DNA of 64,000 nucleotides from Octopus vulgaris. Taxonomy: Eukaryota. The stretch is taken from assembly GCA_951406725.2 (NCBI GenBank), contig OX597816.1, positions 140,678,001-140,742,000 of the forward strand, given 5' to 3'. Made by a program: the position numbers and the translations under genes. Below the pieces are notes generated by a model. It saw nothing but the letters and a program-made list of their open reading frames with translations. It did no database searches and was not told where the DNA came from. Positions 24,301 through 39,500 of the stretch are shown here, one piece after another (position 1 is the first letter of the stretch; each line of letters opens with the position of its first letter).

Positions 24301-27300
24301 ACTCATGATCAGCTACCTGCTTCTCCACCAAGTTGTCCTTTTTTTTTCTTCTCATTTTATTTGTATAATTTGGAATATCAACATTTTTTTACCCTAAAGT
24401 GCAAATTTATTTGTATTTTTCTCATGTCTTATATTATTTGCACTTATATGCCCTGATTTCTAATAGTTGAAAAAACTAACGAGATATGATTTTTTCAGAA
24501 AGCTGAAGGAACTTCAAAAGGCTACTGAGACTCCTGAAGAAAAGCGAGCAAGAAGACTTAGTAAGAAAGTAATAACGATTTCTAATTTAAAATATATAGA
24601 TGCATCCTGCTCAAAATATCAGAATTCACCTCTTCTTATGGCATTCAAACTGACTTTTCAAATTCTCGTGGGATACACACACATGCACACATCTATACAG
24701 GGTGTCCCCCAAAAGCACATTGAATGATTATAAAATCAGTCTTTATAAAAATACATTTCATTTTCAAAATTTAATAGAATCTATTGACAGAATTTAATGT
24801 TTTTATGATCATCTGTTTTCAAACTAGTGTCCATTTGGATGACACTGATAACATGAAGCAATGGAATCACAGACATCAAGAAACATTTCATTTGTATTTG
24901 TGTACATTCTCATTCAATGGCTGCTTTTAATTTGTTGACGTTACTTCTTTTGCACCATAAACTTTAACTTTTACGTATCTCTATAAAAAAAATGTAGTGG
25001 TGTGACGTCTGGTGAAGGCAGAAGATATTCTACTGAACCTCTTTGTCCAATTCACTTGTTTGGCAAAATCTCTTCATGATAGGCCCTTTCATTACTATGG
25101 TAGTGTTGGGGTGTCCCATCTTGCTGGAAATAAAGCCCACATCTTCAAAGTCCTCTTAAATACTTAGCACGAAAAATTTCAAGTAAATGGAACCAGTTAC
25201 TGTACCAAAAAAAATGAATGGTTCAGTTAATCTTTTCGATGATAAGCTGCACCATGCTATAACTCCTGGTAAATAAACATGATGTTCCTCTGTAATATGT
25301 GGATTCTCAGATCCCCAGTAAGTGCAATTGTGGCAGTTAAGCCACTTAGTTTAACTGTAGCCTCATTACTCCAAACAATCTTTATTTTAAAGTGCCAAGT
25401 ACCACTCAGAAAACTCTACTCTTTAGTTTGGTTCATATTCATTGTGAGCATTGCCTATTCTTGGAATTTAACTTTTATAATGACAGCACTTTCAAGTGTG
25501 ATGGGTACTTGATTTTGAAATTCCCATCTCACAACTCATCTACCATGCAAATTTCATTGAACCCTGAAAATAAGTTTCTAATATACTATCATTGTGGGGC
25601 TTGTCAAATTTTGCAGTCTTCTGCAATGTTTCTTGTGGACATTCCGAACAATTTCATCTGTTTCAAATTTATCTCTAATTTGAGTGACGGTAAGTCACAT
25701 AGATGGATCTGTTTGAAACTCCTTCCTAAATTCTTTTTGTACTTTGTGTTTTCAAACTTCCAGTTGTACTTTTGGATAAATTTCCTTTGTTCTAAGCTTA
25801 GTCTGGCTCCTTTCATTAATTATAATGGGTTAAATCCAAGAAGAAATGAAATTGGAGTTATTAGCTGTTAAAGTTTATGTGCAGTTTGGGGGACATCCTG
25901 CATATGCTTTTCTTTGAGTTTTATTTAAGTTCTTCTTAAGAGAGTTCAAGCTGGTCTCTGAGGAATCTTTGGAATGTCTTACAAATCTTCAGTGTGCTAC
26001 TAATAGAGTGAATTTGGAGAATTCATTTTTTGTGTAAATTTATTGGTGCATAACCTAATGCATCTATGACAACTGGTATATATATATAAAGTTTCATGCT
26101 TCAATCCATTCCTACTACATTGTTATAGTTTCCCAAAGCTTGGATTACCTAAGTCGGAGTTATCACCTTGGTTGCTGTTATTAGATTTTCAACTTCCACA
26201 CTCAAAAGGAGTTCTTGTCTTTATATTGCAAGGATAATCTCAGTTAATTGAAGTTTTTTATGTTATTATATATAAATACAAAAATATATATTTAATCCAC
26301 AATCGTGAGGCAAACAAAACATTGTTTTGCCTATGGTTCAAATAAGTGCCAGACTTAAAATAAATATTGGGCTAAATGTGATTGACTAAACCCTTCATAG
26401 AAATGCTCCAGCTTGGCCACAGTCCAGTGACTAAAACAAGTAAAAGAGGAAGTATGTGTGTTTGTGTTGTTAAGTAGTTCATTTCTGAACTGCATGGTTT
26501 CAGGTTCAATCACACTATGTAGCACCTTCGGCAAATGTCTTCTACTATAGCCCCAGGCCAGCTAAAGTCTTATGAGTGGATTAAGTTATAGCGTGTGTTT
26601 TGTGAAGGATTTAGCTGTTATTTCTACCAGGTCATTGACCTTGTAGAGAGTCTTTAATTGGTTCTTATATGGACAGTATTGTCTTCAAATTTTTAATGAA
26701 TAGCTTTATTTTCATTTCAGGAAGCCAAAGAACGTAAACGTAAAGAAAGAATGGGCTGGGATCAAGATTATTTGGTAAATCATTTTACTTGATTGTTTGT
26801 TTTGATTATTACGGTTTCAAATGGTTACACATGTATGTGCACACACACACACACACACATACATACATAGATGCAGGCACACACAGGCTAACAGACATGT
26901 AGACACACACAGATATATGTATGTCTATGTGTGTGTATATTGCCAGCATGCTGATATGGGTTGGGTGTGTGACAGGATCTGGGAAGCTGCAATATTGTGC
27001 TGAGCTCAAATGTCAGCTTTGGCATGGTGTCTATGGCTGGATACCCTTCCTAATGCCAACCACCACTCAGTGACTACTGGGTGCTTTTTCTATGCCACCA
27101 ACACAAGTGAAGTTGCTAACTAAGCTGCAGGACACAAAAGAACAAGAAAGAGAAAACATTCCATGGTTAAATGTGGGGGTGTTTTAGGGAGGTAAGCGGG
27201 TTTATCCCAGATACTGAGAGGCTAATACAGCAACAAGCACAGGTGTCTTGCTCTAGAGGAGTTACATGGCCACCCTACATTATATAAGTAGTAATTGGGA

Positions 27301-30300
27301 AGAAGATGATGGTAATGGTGTGTCAGAGCAAACTCTCAAAATACAAGAAGGTGAACATAAGAAAGGATATGGTCAGTAGATCAGGGGGAAAGGAAAAACA
27401 TGTACATACATATACAATTTATATATCATCATCATCATCGTTTAGCGTCCGTATATATAAATGTATATATAAATGTATATATAAATGTATATATAAATGT
27501 ATATATATATGTATATATATATGTATATATGTATATATATATGTATATATGTATATATATATGTATATATATATGTATATGTATGTATATATATATGTAT
27601 ATGTATATATATATGTATACATATATCTATATGTATATATATATATAGTGTATGTATGTATTGTACAGGATGCAGCAAAATGTTCTGACATATTTGTAGT
27701 TTGTGTATGTATGTGTGTGCATGTGTATAAATGTTTATTTTTTATGTTCTTTCTTTCTGTCTAATAATGAAGTTTTCCCCCCCTTACAGGGATACACAAA
27801 TGCAGACAACCCTTTTGGTGATGAGCACCTGCTAGACACTTTCGTATGGCAGAGGAAAATGGAGAAAGAAGGCAAGAAAGGTGTTGCTGTGGAGAAACTG
27901 CAGAAGATGCAAAAGGAGAAAATGGCTGAGAATAGGGTCAGTAATATTGAAATATATGATTTTTTGTTGTTGATTTGTTGTTGAGTAGTTTTGTTTTGCT
28001 TTGCTTGAGTATATTAGTGACAATCCATGAGTACCAGAATAAGCAGCTGAGACCAGTCCAAATGTCTAAACTTCATACTGTCATGCAGTGATTGGTTATT
28101 GTTGTTTTAACTCCAGGTTAACTCTGATTAAGCAGACCTGTGATCAAAGGCCTTTTTGCACGTTATGTGGGTCTGCCTCAGATTATATTATCTAATTTAT
28201 TTTTTCCTGATATATGACCATAGGGTGTAATCTAAAAAAAGGATTATAGGGAGCTTGCTTCCTAGCTACATGGTTTCGGGTTCAGTCCCACTGCGTGGCA
28301 CTTTGGGTGGATGTCTTCCACTATAGCCCCGAGCTGACCGGAGCTTTGTGATTGAATTCGGTAGGTGGAAGTTACTGCCGTGTGTGTATGTGTGCGTATA
28401 GCTGCTCAGTGCTTTCCGAAAGAGAGAGAGACGGGGAAGCTCCCTCATAAGCATAAAGTGGTTGGTTATGCAATTTGGCAGTTTAGATATGTTTTTCTTT
28501 TTTGTGTTTATTCTTTGTTATCAAAGGCTCCAATGATGATTGATTGATTCTAGTTTCAGCTCATGAGCTGTGGCCATGCTGGGGCACCATCATTTGATTG
28601 CATCAAATCAGAAGAATCTTGCTTTTAATTTTGCCAAAACTTAGTGAAATTAACATGTTTAATGTTCCTCTTGACTAGTTGTATGATGACAGCTGTTAGA
28701 AAAATATGTGCAAGGACAGAAATCCTGAGGGCTAATGTTTTGGGAAAGAAGTACCAGAAGTGTTGGTCAATGTGAATCATGGGGTTCATGAAGACAATAT
28801 GGGTGACAACTTAGTGAGGGAGGAGTAAGTTGAGAGTGCTTGAGTAGAAGTGACACAAGAGCAACTAGTTCCAATTGACAGAAGTTACTGTAGTAGTGGT
28901 TGAAAAGACAAAGAGGGGAGAGGGTACATCTTTGGGTCAGGGTGGAATATACAAGAATTTTAACTTGCAGGGCTGTATTAAATGGGAACCTATATCAGAG
29001 TTTGGGCATAATGAAATAATATTATAGTTGTTTTGTATATAAATTATGCTAGGCGTCGAGCTGGCAGAAACATTAGCACGTCGGGCAAAATGCTTAGCGG
29101 TACTTCGTTTGTCTTTATGTCCTGAGTTCAAATTCCACCAAGGTTGACTTTGCCTTTCATCCTTTCAGGGTCAGTAAATTAAGTACCAGTTGTATACTGG
29201 GGTTGAACTAATCGACTGCCCCCTCCTCCCCAAAAGTTTCAGGCCTTGTGCCTAGGGTAGAAAAAAAGTATATAAATTATGCTGTTTGTTTGGAACCAAT
29301 CAAAGAATTAGAAGATTTAAAGTCAGATATTTGGCGGTGGAGTTGTCACAAGTGGTTTTTCATTTTTACAAGTTTTATTTAACTTTGTAGCTGATCTTTA
29401 AATGGGTAAAAACTTTTTTATGATTTTCAGAGCTTGTAATTTATGTTAGTGGTAAAGAGCAGTTAATATCCACAACGTTGGCTTAATCTGTGATATATTA
29501 TATTGTTGATAGGTATCATCATTATCATCATTTAATATCCATTGTTCATGCTGGTATGGGTTGGATGGTTTGACTAGGCTGGCACACTGGAAGGCTGCAC
29601 CAGACTCCAGTCTGATTTGGCAGTTTCCATTTATTACCCAAATGTTGTGTTTGTAAGTACTCAGAGTGCTGCATGTTGAAAATGGTCCATCAGATTTTTG
29701 TTTTATTGGATAAGATGCGAAGTATCAGATAAGGTGATCTGGTACTCCTGAGGAGTATTTCAGGACATATGTAAGAAGGTTAAAAGTAATTTGAACTCTT
29801 TGAAAGTACAAATAAGTGTCCAATTCCTCATTAATCAATGTAGATCTTGATGTCTTCACAAGGAAGTTCAGGTCTAAATACTGATAGGAACTTGCATTTA
29901 TGAATGTTACTTTGATAGTTTATATCTAAAACATTGTTGTGTATTTTATGTATTTTGTGTATTTACATGGAATTTTCTCCTGATTTTCTTTGTATTGCAG
30001 CGAGAACTTGAGAAAGTAAAGAAACGACGTCTTGAACGAGAAAAGGAACAAGAAGAGAGAGAGAAGGAAAGGGTATGTATATATAGCTTGTTTCTTTCTT
30101 TTACATATTAACAGGGCATGGTGGTTGATTAGTTGAGTACTGAGATAGTTGTTAAAAGTTTTAAAGCTACTGATTTTTCTTGTGAGTGAAGTTCATTTCT
30201 GATATATTCATATATATATTACAGAGATGTACTTGCATAGCAAGTGACCTGATCTGAGATCATGTGCTGAAACAAAATCAATTTACTGTATACCTCTCCT

Positions 30301-32921
30301 GTCTTCTCTCGGGGTGCTTACACTCTGTCGTGTATGCTACCACCCCTTCTTCCAGTCCTTCCATGTCTGTTTCTTTTTCCTAATGGCCCTGTTAACTACA
30401 TTGTTCCACCACCATGTTACCTTGGGTTGAGAGGGGACTTTGCACCATCCACAGATCTGGTAAGTGGCCCTCAACAGGTTGACTTGGTGTTTGCTAGGTT
30501 GACTATAAGACCCTTCGATTCTAGACCTCATGGTTTGTCTGCCTTCCTACTTACTAAGACTTTGGTTTTTGCAAGATTGACTCTAAGGCTCTTTGAATCT
30601 AGACCTTGCTTCCACACCTGAAACTTCTCTAGTTCTAATAGTAACTCAGCTATTAGAGCAAGGTCAGTGTAGAGGAGCTCCCAGGGGCATCCTGCCTTGA
30701 ATTCCTCTGTTATTGCCTGGAGGACTATGATGAATAAGAGGAGGCTGAGAACTGATCCTTGGTGGACCCTTGCCCCTACCCAAAATTCTTCACTGTGCTT
30801 GTTGCCAACCCTCACCTTACTGACAGCATCCCTGTACAACTCTCACTAACCATTCATCTATCCCTAGTTTCCTCATTGACCACCAGATAAGGGATTGTGG
30901 GACACTGTCAAAGGCTTTCTCCATGTCAACAAAAGCCAAGTACAGAGGTTTATCTTTGGTTGGGTATTTCTCCTGCAGCTGTCTTACTTGAAATATAGCA
31001 TCAGTGGTGCTTTTCCCTGGCACAAACCCAAACTGCATCTCATGTAGATGACTCTCTCCCTAATTAGTTGGGCTATGACCCTCTCTGTGACTTTTATTAC
31101 CTGATCCAATAACTCGACACCTCTGTAATTATTTGTATCTAATGCATCACCTTTACCTTTGTAGCAGTTGACTATAGTGCTGCTACACCAGTTATTGGAT
31201 ATGACTCCTTCATGTATCACCTGGTTGACTATGTGGGTGACTAGACTATAGCAGACATTGCCAGATATCTCTGCGGTGATTCCTGATGGGCCAGGGGCTT
31301 TACACTTGTCTTCATGCTCTTAATTGCTTTATCTATCAAGGTACTGACAATTCGGATAGCTGGGCTGTCTGTTGGGTCAACATTTGACAGACTCTCTTTC
31401 TCCCAATCATTCTCTTCATTTAGCAGCCTTTCATAGTGGCATCTCCAAGTCTCTCTCCTTGCAGCCTTGTTAAATGCAAGTGAGCTGTCATCCATGTGGA
31501 CACATTTCTCTCGTATGACATCACAATTTTCTCTCATGTACTGTCTTGCAACATGAAACACCTCAAGTCTTTGGTCCTCATGACACAGAACATTGGCAAA
31601 TTTTTTCTTATCTGCTTCCCCTCTGGCTAAATTAACCTGTCTCCTACCTTCTCCTCTGGCAGTCTTATACAATTCTCTGCTACCACCATTCTTCTAGTCG
31701 TTCCATGTCTGTTCCTTTTCCCTAATGGCCCTGTTAACTACATTATTCCACCACCATGTTACCTTAGGTTGAGAGGGAACTTTGCACCACCCACAGATCT
31801 GGTAAGTGGCCCTCAACAGGTTGACTCTAAGACTCTTCGATTCTAGACCTTACATCCACACCTGAAACTTCTCTAGATCTGATAGTAACTCAGCAATTAG
31901 AGCAAAGTTATCAGCATAGAGAAGCTTCCAAGGGTCTTGAATTCCTCCTTAGAATTCCTCCAGAGATCATCATTATATATACATTCTCAGGGTTAAATAT
32001 TTGTTGTTATGTGTGGGGAGTAAATGATTGTATAACATATGTGTATATTTGTGTGTGTGCACTCATGGATACATGTATGCTATCTTCTATTTTTAGTTAT
32101 TTGAAATCTTTTATAAAGAAGGGGCTGGGTTTTACAAAGATAAAATGCTCCATCATTGGAATTTAGATAACAAAAACATAATGTGTGTGTGTGTGTGTGT
32201 GTGTGTATGTACGTGTGTATCTATGTTAGTTTTGTAATGTGTGTATCAGAAATAGTGAAGAGTGGAGTAAAGAGAGGTACAGTGTTTGAAGTAATGTTTC
32301 AAAGAATTGTATAGGTTTGAAATGATTTCTTAATATTTATTTTTTTCTGATAAAATATTCTTTCTATTTCTGGTTTCATAAAAGGAACGTCTGCAACGAG
32401 AGAAAGAAGCTGAATATTTCCGTGAGTGGGAAAAACAAGAAGACAGTGTAAGTTGTCCTCTTGCCAAACAGGCTGTCATTTCTAGATATTACAAACATCT
32501 CCATTTTACAGTGCATTACAACAAGAAACCTCTGTGATGTCACTACGGCTAGTGTGCAAAATGGGGAATTAAAACAACGAATTGAAATAATAAGTTTTAA
32601 CAAATCAAAACAATTTGCACTGAAATGAAGAATTAGCAAATGCTAAATAGATTACTGTTAATAAGCTGTCTGTTTATACTCATGAAACATTTTTCGTCAA
32701 ATTGATGTCATGATGGCTAGTGTGAAAAATGCCGAAATTTTATGATTTTGGAAAAATCAATGGTGATTAAAAATTGATTTTTTAAAAATTCCAAAGGCAT
32801 AAGCCCCACATATGTGTGAAGTTTCATCAAGGTCTGTTGGCTAGTCTTGGAGTAGTTAAAGTAGCAAATTCACAAACACACAAACTTGCCATTTAATACA
32901 TACATACGTACGTACTTACAT

Positions 32922-32961
<40 letters not shown>

Positions 32962-33514
32962 ATGGAAGCTGTTTACTTCTGTGTGAAGAAAGTTGTGAAA
33001 GTAAAGCCAGCAATGCTTATGCAGGATTAGACTGTCAGGTCAGAAGAAATTCAGCAGTATCAGCACCAAGCAGTGTTTAGGTATAAGCGAAATTAAAGTT
33101 AGTTAAAATATGTTTGTAACATAGTGAAAACTAAGGCTTTAAAATCTACCCAGACTTACCTCTCTTTCATTTTTCCCCACTGATAACAATTAAAGAGCTA
33201 GAAACACATCTGGGAATCCAATAGTGGGACAGAACTGAGTAGATTTTGGTGTTTTTACACCTTTTACTATAAGAGAAAATTTATTCTCCACAGTAACTGC
33301 AGTGAGTTTGCTTTAAGAAGTTGAAATATGTCATATATTTTAACTTAAAGTTCGCATTTACACATACACGCACACACACTTGCTTTCATTAACATGTATA
33401 TATCATTTTCTTTTTATCGTTATTGTATTTTCCAGTTTCATTTACATCAAGCAAAAATGCGCTCAAAGATAAGAATCCAAGATGCTAGAGGTAAGCCTAA
33501 TATTTTTGCATAGG

Positions 33515-33545
<31 letters not shown>

Positions 33546-36500
33546 TGTCAATAACAATAAGGGTAAAATTAATTAATTAATTAGTAATTAATAATTTTAC
33601 CAAGCAGTGTTCAGTATGTAAAAGGACCATTTACGGTAAATTTAAACATTATTTTATATATATATATGTATGTATGTATAGGTGTGTATGTGTGTGTGTG
33701 TATTTCTCAAATTGTTGGACCAAGTCATGAAAGTTACAGAAAGAGTTATAGCCCAATTAATTAGAAAGAATTATTGTAGATGAGATGCAGTTTGATTTTG
33801 TGCTAAGTAAAAGTATTACTCATACTCCCTTTCTAGTAAGACAACTCCAGGAGAAATATTTAACTAATTGCAAGCCATTGAAGTTGGCATTCAGCAAACT
33901 GGAGAAACCCTCGTTCTTGTATGTGGTGGTCTCTGAGGAAGCTAGAGATAGTCAAATGGCTTCTGAGAACTATGCAGGCCATGTACAGGGACACTGCCTG
34001 TAAGGTGTGTGTTAGCAATGAGTACAGTAACAAATTTAGTCTACAAGGTAAGAGTACACCAGACGTGGTTCGCAGGGAGGACCAGAGGTACTATTTAGCA
34101 CAATTCCCTCTTACAAGCATTTGGAACAATGACTTGCACTAAAGGACTCCTTGGGACAATGAGATAATGTTAAATCAAACAGTATGTTAAGGTAGCATGA
34201 CTGGTCCATTTGTTTCAGTTCTGGAGTAACCTCTCTTCTTAGTGCTGAAATTTAAAGAGAATCTGAATGCTAATATATTCATCATCATCATCACTTAGCA
34301 TCTCTTTTTTCCATATTGGCCCAGGCTGAATGGTTTGACATGAACAGATTAGCTAGAGGGCTGCACCAAGTTCTAATGTCTGCTTTGACATAGTTTCTAC
34401 AGCTGGATTCCCTTCCCAATGCCAACCACTTCACAGAGTACTGGGTGCTTTTTGCATAGCACCAGCAAGAACTGGTGAGGTCATCAAGTACTTGCAAGCC
34501 ATGACCCCCTCATCTGAGTGAGGTATAAGAATGTAAGATTGAAGGATAAGAGCAGATGTCTTACTGAAGTGGTAAGTACATAGTTTTTGAACACCTGAAA
34601 AGAGAGAGAGAGAGAGCTGTGAGGTCAAGGTAGATATGAAAGACAGAATAGGATAGAGGAACAGTAAGGAGGATGTGTTGGTATATGTGCTAGAGCATAT
34701 TATTATGACAAAAACTAACATCCCAATGTAGTGTTTAAAGACACCAATTGTATTTCATCTCTTACTTCACATCATACAGCTAAACCTATTGACCTGCTGG
34801 CAAAATACATCAGCGCAGAAGATGATGATCTTGCTATTGAGATGCACGAACCTTACACATATCTCTATGTAAGTACAAAATATTCGATTTATTTTTTTTA
34901 AAACCCAATTATACCTAAATTATCAACAGACAGGAAAGAAATTGTTAGCAAAACTAAGAGTTTAAGTGAAAAAAGTTACAACATTAGTCAATTATTATAA
35001 TTGCATGCATGCAATAATGTTGTTTAAACTTCAGAAATATTTAGAGTTCATCCAATTTTACAATTTTTTTCCTAACCTGAAATTTTAAGTGTCAAGAATT
35101 ATTAATAATAGGTGTTATTTGGTTAATTGATTATATTGAAATTCTTTCAAACTGTTCATGTATTCAAAAACATACATGTTGGTGTGCCATACTTAAGCTG
35201 GAATTATTTCTTCTTTAGTTGGTTTGAATTATTTTAAGACCTGGCTATGGTGAAGTTCTGCCCAATCATTTTTTTTTTAAAGGAAACTACTTTTTTTACA
35301 ATATTAATGCCCATATATTTTTCAAGACCTTCTGAGTAATGCAGATAACTTGAAGTAGGGGGTTTGTTATGGATTATTGTAAGCAGCTGGCAGGAATACA
35401 TTAGTGAAGAGAGAATTCCAGAGAGGTAAAATTCTAGGATGGGAGGTGTGGTGCAGGAAACGCAATGATAGGTATGTACATGAAGTGGGTTTGGGAGGAG
35501 ATATTTCATAGTCAGTGGCTGACAGAAAAGCACGAGTAAAGAAATACTTCCTGGGGGATACATTTCTGAAGTAGAAGGACTAGAGAAATATCTGATATAG
35601 TAGGAGGTAAAATATGTTCATCATGTGAATTTGAGACAAGGTATTCAAGTCACCAAGTAGAAGCTGTCGTGGTGGATAGTAGGGTAAGTATTGGTTAAAA
35701 TTGTTGAAAATATCTGTTGAGTGCTGGACAGTAGAACTGTAGAAGTGGTAAATTTTATGGTGTAGAGGTGTAGCTATAAGATGAATGTTATAGAGCTGAG
35801 GCTTCAGTACATTGATAAAAGTATAATATATTGTTTAGGAAAAGCATGAGTACCATTTAGTTTTATAACCACTCTCCTCTTTCCCAGCTATGGTAGCTGT
35901 TCTAGTAGAATACTGATCTTGTAAGGAGTGGCAAAGCAAGTGCTTGATGGAATTTAGTTAATTTCTCTTCACTTTCTGAATTCAAATCCTACTCATCATC
36001 CTTTAACATCCATTTAATGCTAGCATGGATTGGATGGTTTGACCAGAGCTGGCAGGCAGGAGAGCCACACCAGGTTCCAGTTTGATTTGGCTTGGTTTCT
36101 ATGCCCTTCCTAATGCCAACCACTTTACAGTGTGTACTGGGTGCTTTTAATGTGATACTAACACAGGCATTTGTATATGGCACTGGCACAAGTGCTTTTT
36201 ACACATCACCAGCACAGAGCTCTTGTAAGACAATCTTCTTTATCATTACATGGTTACAGATTGCCATGCCTGTGCCAACATTTGCATTCTTTGCCAATAT
36301 ATAGCAAAAGATATGGGGTGAGATGCACTTGCATATGTGCACACAGACACATACCAGATGATCTAGATAATACAATTGATTTTAGTTGGTCATTTTACTC
36401 AGTAAAGGCAGTGAATTGGCAGAATTGTTAGAGTGTTGGGTAGAATCATCATCATCATTTAACGTCCGCTTTCCATGCTAGCATGGGTTGGACGATTTGA

Positions 36501-39500
36501 CTGAGGACTGGCGAACCAGATGGCTGCACCAGGCTCTCTGGCAGAGTTTCTACAGCTGGGTGCCCTTCCTAACGCCAACCACTCCGAGAGTGTAGTGGGT
36601 GCTTTTACGTGCCACTGGCATAAGGGCCAGTCAGGCGGTACTGGCTACAGCCATGTTCAAATGATGCTTTTTATGTGCCACCTGCGCAGGAGCCAGTCTA
36701 GCGGCACTGGCAATGACCTCGCTCGAATGTTTTTTCACGTGCCAGTAATGCGATGCTGGTAACAATCACGCTCGAATGGTGCTTTTTATGTGCACGGAAG
36801 CCAGTTAGCGGCTCTGGCAACGATCATGCTCAGATGGTGCTCTTAGCGCTCCACTAGCACGGATGCCAGTCATTGAATTTGATTTCGATTTCAATTGCCT
36901 CAACAGATCTTTGCAAGCAGAGTTTAGTGTCCAATGAAGGAAAGGTACACATAAGTGGGCTGGTTACACCCCTGGCATTGGCCATGAGGTTATGGTCTCA
37001 CTTGGCTTGCTGGGTCTTCTCAAGCACAGCATATTTCCAAAGGTCTTGATATTTGTTCCAACTCTCTGTGTTCTGAGTTGAAATCCTACTGAGGTCAACT
37101 TTACCTTTCATCCTTTCAAGGTTGATAAAAAAGTATCAACTCAGACCAGTGAATTAGAGGAACAGACAAAACGGCTCTTAGTATCTGTTCTGATGCTTTG
37201 TGTTATAACAGTAATACCTGCAATGACACTGGTACCAAGCTGTATCAAATATCAGACTAAGTTGGCAACTTTTCCCTTGGCTAAACACTGGTATTATAGA
37301 AAAGGGAGACTTGTGGATATAGGAGACTGCAAGTCTTCTTCAAAAAATCTTGTCCTGGAATGTTTAGGATGTCTTATTATGTCATTTTCCTTTGACTAAA
37401 TAGTCATCTCCCAGCAATACCTTGATATGTTGAAGAAGTTTGGGGGCAAAGGTCAAGTGGCTTCATCTTGAACAAGAACTGAACTATTCTTTATGCAGTA
37501 CGGTGCACTGCCACAGTGGGTAGTCACAGTACATAATTGATTGAATGAAAAGTATCCAGAAAGATGGATGGGTGGTTGTGGATCTGCAACTTGATCCTCA
37601 GACTTTTTACCATGTGATCTCTTTCTATGAGGATTCATCAAATCAAAGGTATACTGCAGTCACCCTAAGGACATGCTTGAATTATTGCGAAAATGTGTTA
37701 TGGCTGCCTTTATTGAGATGCATTGGAACATTATGCTGGAATATCAAAAAGTAGAAGTTACAAAATTTGGAGTTGCCCACATCGAAGTTCACATCTACAA
37801 TTTAATTCAAGATAGTTGAAATGTTTTGTCAATGACTTGCATTGTACATTTTTAAACATAATGTGTCACATTGAATATTAAGATATGATTTATTTATATC
37901 AGATGTGTGTGCGTGAGAGAGAGAGAGCGAGTTTCTGCACTGTTTCTCTCTCCTGCATTCCACTCATGTTCAGTCAACTCAAGGCTGTGGTAGAAAACAC
38001 TAAGGTGCCACATGGTAGGATTGAACCTGGAAACACTTGAGAAGCAAAGCAAAACCTCTTAACTACTTTGTCATACCTGCACACATATATGGAATAATTA
38101 AAGCAATTCTGTTTAATATTCTTCTGTTTCAGGGTCTTACAGTACCAGACCTGGAAGACTTACTTGAAGACATTAAAGTGTATTTACAACTGGAACAAGG
38201 TAAAAATGCAGATTACTGGCGGGACATTATCACAGTTACAGAGGATGAGGTGAACAAACTGAAAAAGTTAGATCCTCTTAGTCGAGGTGAGACATAAGCT
38301 GTTTTGACTTTTCACATTCAAATTGGTTTAATCTAGCTATAATTATGATATTCTTGGTTTTGTCTACATGTTTGCTTTAATAATAATATAACCCCACCAA
38401 ATTACACAAATAGTTGAAGTTTCCTGTGGTTGTTTATATCATTGTATATATATATTTCTTTACCGCCCACAAAGGGCTAAACATAGAGGGGACAAACAAG
38501 GACAGACAAAGGGATTAAGTCGATTACATCGACCCCAGTGCATAACTGGTACTTTATTCTGAAAGGATGAAAGGCAAAGTCGACCTCGGTGGAATTTGAA
38601 CTCAGAACATAACGGCGGATGAAATACAACTACGTATTTCGGCCATATATACATCAACATATATAACAGCATCAGTATTATAATGACTAAAGTGTTATAC
38701 TTTAATCAAGATACACTACTCTATAAATAAATTCACATATCAAACATTATTGGTATTATAAGTAAATTGTTAAACCTTAGACAAGACACCACTGTGAGAG
38801 AAGACATTGACATATTTAACACTGTTAGTAATCATCATCATCATCATCATCATTTTCAAGTATGCTTTTTCTATGCTGGCATGGGTTGGATGAGTCAGTT
38901 CAACACATGTCATAGTACATTGTCATATCTTTTGTGAGGTTCAGCAACATAAGATGGTCCCTCACCACTTGTGCTCACATCTTTTACAATTTTTGTCTTC
39001 TGCAAATTCCTTCTACTTGCATCACTAGGTACATAATTACCCAGCTGTCATTTTTCATATCCATCATGTTTCTTTTTTAATGAAGTTTCTCACTTGCATA
39101 CTACAGTGAATACATCTAGCGTGAAATTTTTCTCTCAGTGTATTTGTGCTGTATTGTTCATGCATGCTGACATTACTCATTCTGTGAAGCATTCTAACCT
39201 CATTTCATTTTAGCTTTTGCATATCCCCCACAATCATTGCCAATGTCTCACAGGCATGCAATATTACACTTTGTATACAAACATCATGCAACCACCCCCA
39301 TCCCTCATAGAGAGAAACTCTCTGTTACCAATAGAGATAACAACCTCTCCATATACCCTTTTTCCTTTCTCTGGCTACTATACTTTAACACTATTCACCT
39401 CCACTGCTGATTTGGTTACCTAGGTTACCAAAGATATCAATTATTTCTCACATATCTTCTGGGCAATTGAGAAAGTTCATTCTTGGGTGCTTTTATTTAC

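Noticed and set aside
36590-36860. CRISPR-like repeat array
   Set aside because: Eukaryotic context. The units are degenerate tandem repeats of a retroposon with no unique spacers and no cas genes.
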